Below are positions 1 through 8,754 of a DNA stretch of 64,000 bases, one piece after another (position 1 is the first letter of the stretch; the number at the start of each line of letters is the position of its first letter). Position numbers and translations under genes: made by a program. Source of the DNA: Sulfitobacter sp. (GTDB taxonomy: Bacteria > Pseudomonadota > Alphaproteobacteria > Rhodobacterales > Rhodobacteraceae); assembly GCA_033851935.1 (NCBI GenBank), contig JAWSVL010000004.1:672-64671 (forward strand), read 5' to 3'. Below the pieces are notes generated by a model that ran no database searches, was not told the DNA's origin, and saw nothing but the letters and a program-made list of their open reading frames with translations.

Positions 1-1022
1 CCCAGATTGCGGTGAAGTGGGTGATCGAGAGCGGGTTAATCTCGCGCCGCGCGATAATTGCGGGCGGTGGAGAAGAGGCCGCCCGTCTCATCCGAGGGCT
101 GAATGAACGACAAGACAACGACGTGCGCCTATTTGGTATTTTTGACGACCGCGATGACAACCGGTCACCGACTCAAATTCTAGGTATCCCTAAAATTGGC
201 AGCTATGGAGATTTGGTTGCCTTTGTCAGGTCTTCAGAAATTGACCTTGTAATAATTGCACTCCCCTTTGCTGCAGAGGATCGTATCAAATGGTTATTAG
301 ATGAATTTCGCGTGCTGCCAGTAGAAGTTAGGCTTTCGATCTACAGTAAGGACTATGCCTTCGAGCAAAACAACCAAGCATTTCACTTCGGCCGGCACAG
401 GCGTATTTTTTCGCCTGAACGTCGATTGACTAAACGGCTTTTTGACATTTTTTTTGCCAGTCTGGCATTGGCGATTTTCTGGCCGATTTTGATACTTGCA
501 GCCCTTGCGGTTCGTTTAGAAAGCCCCGGCTCAGTGATCTTTCGACAAAACCGCCATGGATACAATAATCGGGTAATTGAGGTCCTGAAATTTCGATCCA
601 TGTATTCCGATGTGTCAGATTCTGCAGCTAAGGATGTTGTAACACGCGGGGATGCTCGTGTTACTCGGGTTGGCCGTTTCCTCAGGCGCAGTTCGATTGA
701 TGAATTACCTCAGTTATTCAACGTATTGCGGGGGGATTTATCTTTGGTTGGCCCGCGTCCTCATGCAGTTGTGGCCTTTTCTAGCCAACAAGAACGGTTC
801 ACCCAAATTGTTGATGGCTATTCGGCCCGGCATCGTCTGCCACCTGGCATTACAGGGTGGGCCCAGATCAATGGATGGCGTGGGGAAATTGATGATGCGG
901 AAAAATTGAAGGCGCGCTTTGAACATGACTTGTTCTATATCGAGAATTGGTCTTTTTGGTTGGACCTGAAGATACTCCTTCAAACTCCAGCAAGCCTTTT
1001 CAGGAGCAAAGGCGCATATTAG
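1..1022 (+). CDS. Undecaprenyl-phosphate sugar phosphotransferase (WcaJ/ExoY-like priming glycosyltransferase), 5' partial
   Basis: C-terminal Bac_transf motifs (KRLFD, KFRSM, DPR-like DARVTRVGRFLRRSSIDELPQLFNVLRGDLSLVGPRP, PGITGWAQING) preceded by a CoA-binding-like domain. The frame is open back to the window start. Confidence 0.93.
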   Translation, partial: QIAVKWVIESGLISRRAIIAGGGEEAARLIRGLNERQDNDVRLFGIFDDRDDNRSPTQILGIPKIGSYGDLVAFVRSSEIDLVIIALPFAAEDRIKWLLDEFRVLPVEVRLSIYSKDYAFEQNNQAFHFGRHRRIFSPERRLTKRLFDIFFASLALAIFWPILILAALAVRLESPGSVIFRQNRHGYNNRVIEVLKFRSMYSDVSDSAAKDVVTRGDARVTRVGRFLRRSSIDELPQLFNVLRGDLSLVGPRPHAVVAFSSQQERFTQIVDGYSARHRLPPGITGWAQINGWRGEIDDAEKLKARFEHDLFYIENWSFWLDLKILLQTPASLFRSKGAY

Positions 1023-1685
1023 GGGCGTGGATCGGGCCCTGTTGGTTGCACGCAAAATGTCGGTATCTAACGTGTGTACACTTGAGCGGAAAAAAGGGGT
1101 CGTATCTTTGGAAACGTACGCTGAGACTGTGCGTTAATTGCGAAGGTTAGCTCGGGCCGGGAAATCGACAATGGCTTCAAAAAGTACCAATGACATTCCC
1201 ACTTGTATCGTTTTGAAATATGCGTAGCTGCCATCAAACCAGATGCCATTTCATTTTCAAAACAGTCACAGTCAGTTTGAAAAGGCAGAATAATTTCCAT
1301 ATGGTGCAAGGTTTTAGGGCCACTTGGAATGCGCGCTTTTGCGGTAGGATCCCCTTAAATTTGTTAGTTGAAACTTCACACTGCTGGATGCATTGTGAAT
1401 TTTGGTAATCACAAAACCTTAGAATGCTGCACATCCCGTGTTGCGCTTAGCTACAGTGGTGAACTCATGCCGACTGTTGTTCAACATGATGGGGCGGGGG
1501 GCGTTTGGATCACGGAAAATCGGCTGACTATCTGCAAACATCTTCTAACGGTGTTTTCGTACAGCCTGTGTTTGAGTGGCTAAAGTTTTATTTTTTGCGA
1601 AATGGTCGAATGAACTAATTTCAAATTGAATAAATCCAGCAAAGTTATTATCCTCAACCTCTAATAGCAAAACGGAGTCGATTTT

Positions 1686-2621
1686 ATGTTGCCGCTTTCT
1701 CTTTTATTTTTAATGGGCGTTTCATTTGCTTCTATGGGCGGCGGGCTTGATCTGACTGAAGCAGAAGACGAAGCCCCTGAAGCTGATGCCCTTGAAGACG
1801 AAGCCGTTGAAGACGAAGCCCTTGAAGATGTGAACCTGTCAATTGATGGAACCGTAGGCGATGAAACGTTGGACGACAGCGTTGCTGGCGTGTCACTGAC
1901 AGGTGACTCCTGTGACCCTCTGTTGTTCTGCGTCGGAGATGACGATTTGCTTTTCGGCAGTGACGGAGATGACACGCTGTCCGGTGGACTAGGGAATGAC
2001 GGTTTATTCGGCGGAGAAGGGGGCGACTCAGTGTCTGGCGGTGTTGGTGCTGACTCGCTGTACGGCGAAGAGGGTGACGACATGTTGTTCGGTGGTGATG
2101 GCAGCGATTATGTTCGTGGGGAGCAGGGTGACGATGTTCTTTACGGAGAACATGGCGATGACACCCTTCTGGGAGGCAATGATGATGACACTCTTTACGG
2201 GGGAGATGGCAACGACAACTTATCCGGCGAAGGCGGAAGTGACGCCCTGTTCGGGGGGGGAGGGAATGACCTCTTGAGGTCGTATAGCGGACAGGAGGGT
2301 AACCTCTACTACCCCTATGGCGAACAAGGGGGGGATACCTTGTCTGGTGGAGAAGGAGATGACATTTTCCAATTTGACATCGCTAGCGGACTTGACGTCA
2401 ATTCAACTATTGTCGATTTCGACCCGTCCGAAGATGTAATCCTAATAAACGTAGGGTCGAGTACGGGAACGCTGAATACTTATGAGTTGGATGTGACCGT
2501 TGAAGATTGGCCCGATGGGACTGGCGCTGATATATCAGCGGAAGGCAATGTTTTAGCTCGAATTAGTGGTGCGCAAGGGCTCGATCCAACATCAATTATT
2601 GCATATGCTAGTGTATTTTGA
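1686..2621 (+). CDS. Small RTX/hemolysin-type calcium-binding repeat protein with hydrophobic N-terminus
   Basis: About 14 GGxGxDxLx-type nonapeptides (e.g. GGLGNDGLF, GGDGSDYVR, GGNDDDTLY, GGGGNDLLR); N-terminus MLPLSLLFLMGVSF; very acidic. Confidence 0.88.
   Translation: MLPLSLLFLMGVSFASMGGGLDLTEAEDEAPEADALEDEAVEDEALEDVNLSIDGTVGDETLDDSVAGVSLTGDSCDPLLFCVGDDDLLFGSDGDDTLSGGLGNDGLFGGEGGDSVSGGVGADSLYGEEGDDMLFGGDGSDYVRGEQGDDVLYGEHGDDTLLGGNDDDTLYGGDGNDNLSGEGGSDALFGGGGNDLLRSYSGQEGNLYYPYGEQGGDTLSGGEGDDIFQFDIASGLDVNSTIVDFDPSEDVILINVGSSTGTLNTYELDVTVEDWPDGTGADISAEGNVLARISGAQGLDPTSIIAYASVF
1764..1829 (+). repeat. 15-bp tandem repeat (about 4.4 copies) encoding EDEA[PLV] acidic pentapeptides
   Basis: gaagacgaagcccct / gaagctgatgccctt / gaagacgaagccgtt / gaagacgaagccctt / gaagat. 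Confidence 0.85.
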
Positions 2622-2696
2622 AGCGACTAGGGTATGTTGGCCGCATTAGCGTGTCGATATCCCGCTACGTTTAACAGCTGCGTGGGGATCTTGCCG

Positions 2697-3250
2697 TTAT
2701 GTATGAATATCCGGACGTTGCCGGTCTGCTGATCTGCCGATGATGTCGGTGCGGTTCGCTTCATCCCGCATGGGAACTTCTGTTGCTTGATGTGGACTTT
2801 CGGATCGGAAGAGTATGCCGCCTTCGATTTTCTTTAATCGTTCAATCCGAAAGTGGCCTGCGACATCAGTGACCGCATAGACCCGACCGTCGCATGCCTC
2901 GATTGCGCGGCGATCGATAAAAGCGAGATCGGCATCAAAGAGTAACGGTTCCGTGCTGTTGCCAGTGACGCTACGCGCAAACTAACGATCTGCGATCGAA
3001 TCTTGTTGGAGCGGCCATTTTTTGCGGAAGGCGACTTGGGCTGGGAGGCGCGCATTGACGCCAATGGCACTAGGACCAACAGATAATTTCACAATGAAGC
3101 ATGCGAAGTCGTTGATTTTCCATCTATCGAGGTAGGACGGTCTGTTTCCAGCGCGATCTAAAGTGCCGCGAGGTGGCTCAAAGTTTAGCACCAATCCCAA
3201 AATCTAGGACATTGCGCTATGGTGTTCTGTACTCGGTGATCGTCATCTTC
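2697..3250 (-). pseudogene. Decayed HTH + S24 peptidase (phage CI/LexA-like repressor) gene
   Basis: One minus-strand frame reads SPSTEHHSAMS*ILGLVLNFEPPRG...SVGPSA...QVAFRKKW...ADR*FARSVTGNSTEPLLFDADLAFIDRR...DGRVYAV...IERL...GGILFRSESP...IIGR. This follows the S24 pattern VxGDSMxP-x-DGD-x-DG-xYA-x-VKRL-x-SDNP-x-IIGRV, but has in-frame stops (e.g. TAG at 2982-2984). Confidence 0.72.
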
Positions 3251-3546
3251 GAGGACCTTATTTACTCCCCTCCAGCGCACCATTCTCCCCTTTGAAATCA
3301 AAAATTCCTTTTTGTTAGAGGCTGTCGTCGTCTCTCCGCTGCATCTTTGGGTAGGTGCAATTTTGGGGTCGTTTGGAAAAATTAGCGTACAGCGAATTTC
3401 GAGATAGTCGCACATCAATTTCCAAGTTGATCGTAACGTAAAGGTGGTGCCCGTGTTGCGATTGGACCGGACGCATGGGAACATCACGATCTCAAGCACT
3501 TTCAAGCATAGGGTGTTCGATTTCAAATGGCGCAAGGACACGCACA

Positions 3547-4635
3547 ATGACCGATTTTATTCTATATGGCTCACAGGCAAGTCTCTTCACGGGTAAAGTG
3601 CGGGGATATATGAATTGGAAAGGTGTTTCCTTTGAGGAGAAGGCCGTCGACGAGACGATAATGAAAACGGTTATTCTTCCGAATGTAGGGTGGCCCGTTG
3701 TTCCGGTTCTTCAAACGCCTGATGGGCGCATTGTTCAGGACACTGCCGATATCATCGCCGAGATCGAATCCTCACACTCGGAACCATCAGTCATGCCGGC
3801 TGGCCCTGTGCAGCGCTTTGCCTCGCTTTTAATGCAGGTGTTTGCAGATCAATGGCTGCTGTTGCCTGCGATGCACTATCGCTGGAACTATAACGAGGAT
3901 TGGATTTTTTCGGAATTTGGTCGCTCTTCTGCTCCGGATGCACCAGCAAGCGAGCATTACGCCATCGGCAAACAGCGCGGAGAGAGGTTTCGTGCAATGG
4001 TTCCGCTGCTTGGCATTGATGAGACAACGATCCCGGGTATTGAGGCTTCCTATGAGCAGTTCCTGTCAGAATTTTCCGCTCACTTAGAAAAATACGATTA
4101 TGTGTTTGGTGATAGGCCTTCTTTGGCTGATTTTGCGTTGCTCGGGCCGCTCTATGCGCATCTGTACCGTGACCCGGCCAGCCGCGAAATTATGGAGCGG
4201 GTTGCGCCAAATGTTGCCAGATGGACGGAACGGACCATATCAGGTCAAAACCTCGAGGGGGATTTGGTAGGAGGTGACGTTGTTCCAGAAACTCTGGCAC
4301 CGATGTTTAAACGGCATTCCGCCGAGCATTTCCCTGTTTTGGAATCGACAATCCAGCTGTTTGATACGTGGTGTGAAACAGCATCATCTGGGGATGAAGT
4401 GCCGCGTAGCTTTGGGAAAGTTCCATTTGTTGCAGGTGGTTGTGAGGGGCAAACATTGGCGTTGTCATTCTCGCTGTTCAGGTTGCAGGCCGCGCTTGAT
4501 GCGTTGCAAGAACTGTCAGGAAACGACCGCGCCAATGCTGAGGCATTTTTGACCAGCGTTGACGGCGAAAAACTGTTGTCCTTTAAGCTGAACCGCCGCC
4601 TAGAGCGTAAAAACTGCAAACTGTGCCTTGTTTAG
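3547..4635 (+). CDS. Glutathione S-transferase family protein
   Basis: N-terminal GST thioredoxin-like domain (YGSQASLFTGKVRGYM, VPVLQTPDGRIVQDT) and C-terminal YVFGDRPSLADFALLGPL. The ATG at 3547 is preferred over 3475. Confidence 0.85.
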   Translation: MTDFILYGSQASLFTGKVRGYMNWKGVSFEEKAVDETIMKTVILPNVGWPVVPVLQTPDGRIVQDTADIIAEIESSHSEPSVMPAGPVQRFASLLMQVFADQWLLLPAMHYRWNYNEDWIFSEFGRSSAPDAPASEHYAIGKQRGERFRAMVPLLGIDETTIPGIEASYEQFLSEFSAHLEKYDYVFGDRPSLADFALLGPLYAHLYRDPASREIMERVAPNVARWTERTISGQNLEGDLVGGDVVPETLAPMFKRHSAEHFPVLESTIQLFDTWCETASSGDEVPRSFGKVPFVAGGCEGQTLALSFSLFRLQAALDALQELSGNDRANAEAFLTSVDGEKLLSFKLNRRLERKNCKLCLV

Positions 4636-4673
4636 TCGGGGGCAGCTCTATCCACGGCGTTGAACCGAATATA

Positions 4674-4700
4674 AACCCGTTCCACAGGTTGGAGCGGGTT
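4674..4700. terminator. Hairpin between convergent GST and PhnD-like genes
   Basis: AACCCGTTCCA-CAGGT-TGGAGCGGGTT inverted repeat (one G-T pair). Confidence 0.55.
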
Positions 4701-5440
4701 CAGTCCGGATTTGGTATCTTCAGATACTCTTCCTTAGCGATCTTGACGATCCCCCTTAACCCCAACAGCGCTTTATCCTCTTGATCCAGCGCATGAATCG
4801 CCGATTTGACGGCGTCAAAGATGGCATCAGCGTTATTCCCTTTTGCGGTAATCAGCGTCAACCCTGGAGTAGGGGATGTCCATTCTAAAACTCGTAAATC
4901 AGCGGCAAACGGTTCATAAGTCTCCATGAGGCGCCATGAAATTACGTCTAAAGATGCAATGTCGGCAGTGCCCTCCGCTACAGCCTGAGCTGACTTAAGG
5001 TGCTGTTCTGTGTGAAGGCGATTTTCAAACCAGAACCCCAGCGGTTTTACATGCCAGTAGGGTGCTGCATATCCGGACTGCGAAAAGGTTTGATTGTAGG
5101 CGAAAGTGGTATCCTTGAACGCCGCAACCTCGGTACGTGGATCATCGGCGCGTACAACTAGCGCGCTTTGGTAATATCCGGCGGGGCAGTCATTGATGCC
5201 AAAGTCAGGGGTGCCAACCAGCTCAACCTTTTCATGCAGCCAAGTCCTGTAGGGCATCCCGCAGGTTTGGCTCAGGACCAAATTAGGGTTGTTCCAGACA
5301 AAGAACTCTTCCGCGTCCTGAGACATTGTTTCATCGCTATCAATCCCTGCGTCATTCAAGTTTTTGCGGATCAGCGCCCAGTAACGGTTATGCGCCTGAT
5401 CCAATTGCGGGCGCTGGTACATCATCAGATTGGCAATCAT
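4700..5440 (-). CDS. PhnD/phosphonate-binding-like (PBP2) protein, no signal peptide
   Basis: SQTCGMPY, GYYQSALVV, AYNQTFSQSGY, HLKSAQAVAEGTADIASLD motifs of the PhnD/SsuA-like fold family. Confidence 0.75.
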   Translation of the reverse strand: MIANLMMYQRPQLDQAHNRYWALIRKNLNDAGIDSDETMSQDAEEFFVWNNPNLVLSQTCGMPYRTWLHEKVELVGTPDFGINDCPAGYYQSALVVRADDPRTEVAAFKDTTFAYNQTFSQSGYAAPYWHVKPLGFWFENRLHTEQHLKSAQAVAEGTADIASLDVISWRLMETYEPFAADLRVLEWTSPTPGLTLITAKGNNADAIFDAVKSAIHALDQEDKALLGLRGIVKIAKEEYLKIPNPD

Positions 5441-5482
5441 TGAGCGTAACGTTCGTTTTGTAAGGTGATCAACGATTTGTGG

Positions 5483-7060
5483 TCACGTGGATGTGGCTTC
5501 CCAGTAGGGCATGCGCAGCTCTTTCTTGAGGATTTTCCCGATTGTACTGCGGGGCATGGCGTCTCGCATTTCGACCGCCGACAAGCGTTGGCTTTTGCCC
5601 AGTTTGGCGTTCGCCTGTAGCAGGATGTCATTTCCAGTGCGGGTTGATCCGTGGCGCAGGGTCACAAGGCCCAGCGGCGTTTCTCCCCATGCCTCAGAGG
5701 GCACACCGATCACAGCAGCATCCAGCACATCAACGTCCTCTAGCAACACAAGCTCCAGATCATTGGCGTAAATGTTCAAACCACCTGAGATGATCATATC
5801 TTTCTTGCGGTCTGAAAGCACCAAAAAGCCGTCTTCGTCAAAGGATCCCATATCGCCAGAGCGGAAATAGATTTGTCCCTGTGCATTGCGCCAAATATAC
5901 TCAGTGGTTAGATCGTCCCGGCCATAATACCCCGCCATCATCGTTGGACCACGTCCACAAATCTCACCCACTTCGCCTTGCGGCACTTCCTGACCTGCGC
6001 CGTCAATCAAACGGATGTCATTGCCAGGGGCCAATTGCCCAACTGTGTGCAGTTTTGTGGGATTGTCATCCGCGATCAAAACCGTCACGCCGCCGCCCTC
6101 AGTGAGGCCGTAGTATTCGATCAGCTTACCGGGGAAGCGGGCAAGGACATCGGCCTTAACATCAGCGCGCAGCGGTGCGGACGTTGAGAACTTCATCCGC
6201 ATCGCGCTAAGGTCAAATGTATCAAAGCCCTGAACATCCATGATGCGCTTGTATTGCACAGGCACCAGCATCGTATGGGTGATGGCCTCACGCTCAGCGA
6301 TCTCCAGAAATTCCTGCGCGTCGAATTTTGTCATCATAAACACGGTTGATCCACCAAACAGCGTGGGCAGGAACGCAACAATGGTGGTGTTTGAATACAG
6401 CGGGGTCGAGATCAAGGTGCGGGCGTTATCGTCATAGCCGTTTGGTGAAACACGCTCCATTTGGGCGGCGCGCATCCAATGATTGTGCAAAATCCCTTTG
6501 GGCGTGCCCGTGGTGCCAGAGGAATAGATCAGGTTAAACGCATCCGACATTTCAATCGCGATCATCGGATCGTTGGCAGGTGCAGCCGCTAGGGCGGTTT
6601 CGTAATCGTCCAAACCGTAATGTTCAAAATCTATCGCAATCTTTCGCAACGGCAGGTCAGGGATAAAACTCTCAACCAGCCCAAAATACTGCTCAGCCAC
6701 AAAAATGGCTTTGGCGTCACTGTCGCGTAGCATTTTGTGCAGCGCGTCAGGGGACGCCATCGACGACAAAGGCGTCACGCAGGCTCCAGCGCGCAAAATT
6801 CCCAAGAACAACTCAGCGTAAGCAACCGAGTTGGCAGACAAGATCGCGATGTTATCGCCTTTATGCACGCCCATCCCCAAAACCACATTTGCGACGCGGT
6901 TTGTGCGCGCATCCAGTTCGGCCCATGTCAGGCGTTGCGCACCGCAAACAAGCGCAAGCTGCTGAGGCGTCTTTTCAGCATTTTGGCGCAAGCGATCCAC
7001 GATAGTTTGATCAGGCAGGACCGCGGGCGCGGGGGGATCAATAAGAAGCTGTGAAGTCAC
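5483..7060 (-). CDS. Class I adenylate-forming enzyme (acyl-CoA ligase)
   Basis: YSSGTTGTPKG, YYGLTE, FRSGDMG, DRKKDMIISGG, PRSTIGKILK motifs. Confidence 0.93.
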   Translation of the reverse strand: MTSQLLIDPPAPAVLPDQTIVDRLRQNAEKTPQQLALVCGAQRLTWAELDARTNRVANVVLGMGVHKGDNIAILSANSVAYAELFLGILRAGACVTPLSSMASPDALHKMLRDSDAKAIFVAEQYFGLVESFIPDLPLRKIAIDFEHYGLDDYETALAAAPANDPMIAIEMSDAFNLIYSSGTTGTPKGILHNHWMRAAQMERVSPNGYDDNARTLISTPLYSNTTIVAFLPTLFGGSTVFMMTKFDAQEFLEIAEREAITHTMLVPVQYKRIMDVQGFDTFDLSAMRMKFSTSAPLRADVKADVLARFPGKLIEYYGLTEGGGVTVLIADDNPTKLHTVGQLAPGNDIRLIDGAGQEVPQGEVGEICGRGPTMMAGYYGRDDLTTEYIWRNAQGQIYFRSGDMGSFDEDGFLVLSDRKKDMIISGGLNIYANDLELVLLEDVDVLDAAVIGVPSEAWGETPLGLVTLRHGSTRTGNDILLQANAKLGKSQRLSAVEMRDAMPRSTIGKILKKELRMPYWEATST

Positions 7061-7704
7061 GATGTTGAGGCCTTTGATCTAACGGGGCACCGTACTGCCC
7101 AGCTGGATCAAAACGGTTTGCGAGAGATAGATCAATAGAGGTGGAACAAACAGGCGGGCTTCGGGACGTAGGGTTTTGTTTGTTGGTTATTCGGGGGTAT
7201 TGAAAACAGGGTGCGGTCTCGCCTGAACCTTGGGATATCCAGAGGTCTGCGAGCGAAGATGTCCTCGCGTTCCATTGCGAGGTCCCAGAAGTGATCAGCA
7301 TCAACGATCGGCTGGAAGGTCAGCGACAATGGCGGTTGTGCTCAATACCGGGCAGTGCAGTCTGAAACAGCAGTTTGGGATCGTGTCCAGATATTGCGAA
7401 ACAAAAGGCCATCACCTTTGCGATGAATATCGACGTCTTTCTGAGTGAACCCCATCTGCCCTCTCCCAAACGCGAACTACAGAAGTCTTTAGCAGAACTT
7501 GAAGAAGAAACGTAGGCAGTAAGACACTGGGCCAAGAACCTACGGAACCAGCTTTATCACCAGAACCGCCAGAGCTTCTCGGTAAAAAGGCAAATTACTG
7601 CTCAAAAAGAAACGTATGTCTACATTCGACATCCGGATCCGCTCAGCGCAGACATTGACCATTCTACGAGGTTCAGCCAGTGAGGTTTACAAAAGGGAGC
7701 TTTC

Positions 7705-8754
7705 TTGATGATCCGTCAGACCCTCACGTCTTTGTCCTCCATCGCTGAGATCGGCGCGGATATGATCATCGACGTGCGTGCGCCGTCAGAGTTCGCACAG
7801 GATCATGTGCCGGGGGCGGTGAACCTGCCTGTGTTGTCGGATGCCGAACGGGCTGAGGTTGGGACAATTTACAGCCAGCGAAGCCCGTTTCTGGCCCGCA
7901 AGGTTGGCGCTGCGATGGTTGCCGCCAATGCCGCGCGTCATTTGCGAGGGCCATTGGCGGATCTGTTGGGGGATTGGCAGCCGCTGGTCTATTGCTGGCG
8001 CGGGGGGCAACGATCAGGATCGTTTGCAACCATCCTTGATCAGGTCGGTTGGCGCGTTCATCTGATTGACGGTGGATACCGCAGCTACCGTAAAATTGTC
8101 AGTCAGATGTTGTATGATGCGCCGCTGAGGCACCGGATGATGATGGTTGATGGACACACAGGGACAGGCAAAACCGCGTTGCTGCACCATTTGCGTGATC
8201 AAGGTGCGCAAATTCTTGACCTTGAAGGCTTCGCGGGTCACCGTGGATCGCTGTTTGGCGCGCAGGAGAGTGGGCAACCCTCACAAAAGATGTTTGAGAC
8301 GCAGCTTGCCGGCGCGCTGCAAGCGCTTGACCCAAATAAATTAACTTGGGTTGAAGGCGAGAGCAGCAAGATCGGGTTATGTGTGATCCCGCCCTCTGTT
8401 TGGGCCCGAATGAGCACTGCACCACGGATCGAAATTACCGCGCCCATCGCTGCGCGTGCGGCGTTTTTGGCTACAGCATATGACGATCTGATCCACGACA
8501 CGCAGAGGTTCATTAGTCTGATTGATCAACTGAGGAACTACCACGCAAAAGATACAATCCTTGACTGGCAGGCGCTGGCGGCAACGGGTGATTGGCAAAG
8601 CTTGGCCAAAGCGTTGATGATTGAACATTACGATCCACGCTACGCCAAATCACAGGCGCGATCGGTTCAAAAGCCAGAGCAAGTTACCTTGGCCGCTCTT
8701 GATCCGCAAAGCCTGTCAGACAAAGCACGCGAGTTGACCGCGCGGTTTAACTGA
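7705..8754 (+). CDS. mnmH: tRNA 2-selenouridine synthase (MnmH/SelU)
   Basis: Rhodanese domain (DVRAPSEF, AVNLPVLSDAERAEVGTIY, YCWRGGQRS), P-loop GHTGTGKT, DLEGFAGHRGS, EGES, EHYDPRY; adjacent to selD. Confidence 0.95.
   Translation: MMIRQTLTSLSSIAEIGADMIIDVRAPSEFAQDHVPGAVNLPVLSDAERAEVGTIYSQRSPFLARKVGAAMVAANAARHLRGPLADLLGDWQPLVYCWRGGQRSGSFATILDQVGWRVHLIDGGYRSYRKIVSQMLYDAPLRHRMMMVDGHTGTGKTALLHHLRDQGAQILDLEGFAGHRGSLFGAQESGQPSQKMFETQLAGALQALDPNKLTWVEGESSKIGLCVIPPSVWARMSTAPRIEITAPIAARAAFLATAYDDLIHDTQRFISLIDQLRNYHAKDTILDWQALAATGDWQSLAKALMIEHYDPRYAKSQARSVQKPEQVTLAALDPQSLSDKARELTARFN

Noticed and set aside
1661-2083. 140-aa Ser/Pro-rich minus-strand ORF
   Set aside because: Antisense shadow of the Gly/Asp-rich RTX gene
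2697-3250. Prophage at the S24 relic
   Set aside because: No integrase, structural, replication or lysis genes in the window
5441-5485. The acyl-CoA ligase ends in TGA, and the same frame continues 14 codons without a stop into the PhnD-like ORF (possible Sec readthrough fusion)
   Set aside because: The TGA falls at the normal C-terminus of the ligase family, there is no convincing SECIS hairpin or redox motif, and an in-frame neighbour is expected one time in three
7078-7683. Frame with two TGA codons next to mnmH as a second selenoprotein
   Set aside because: It also contains a TAG, has no clear start or RBS, no Sec/Cys motif and no good SECIS; kept only as a possible pseudogene
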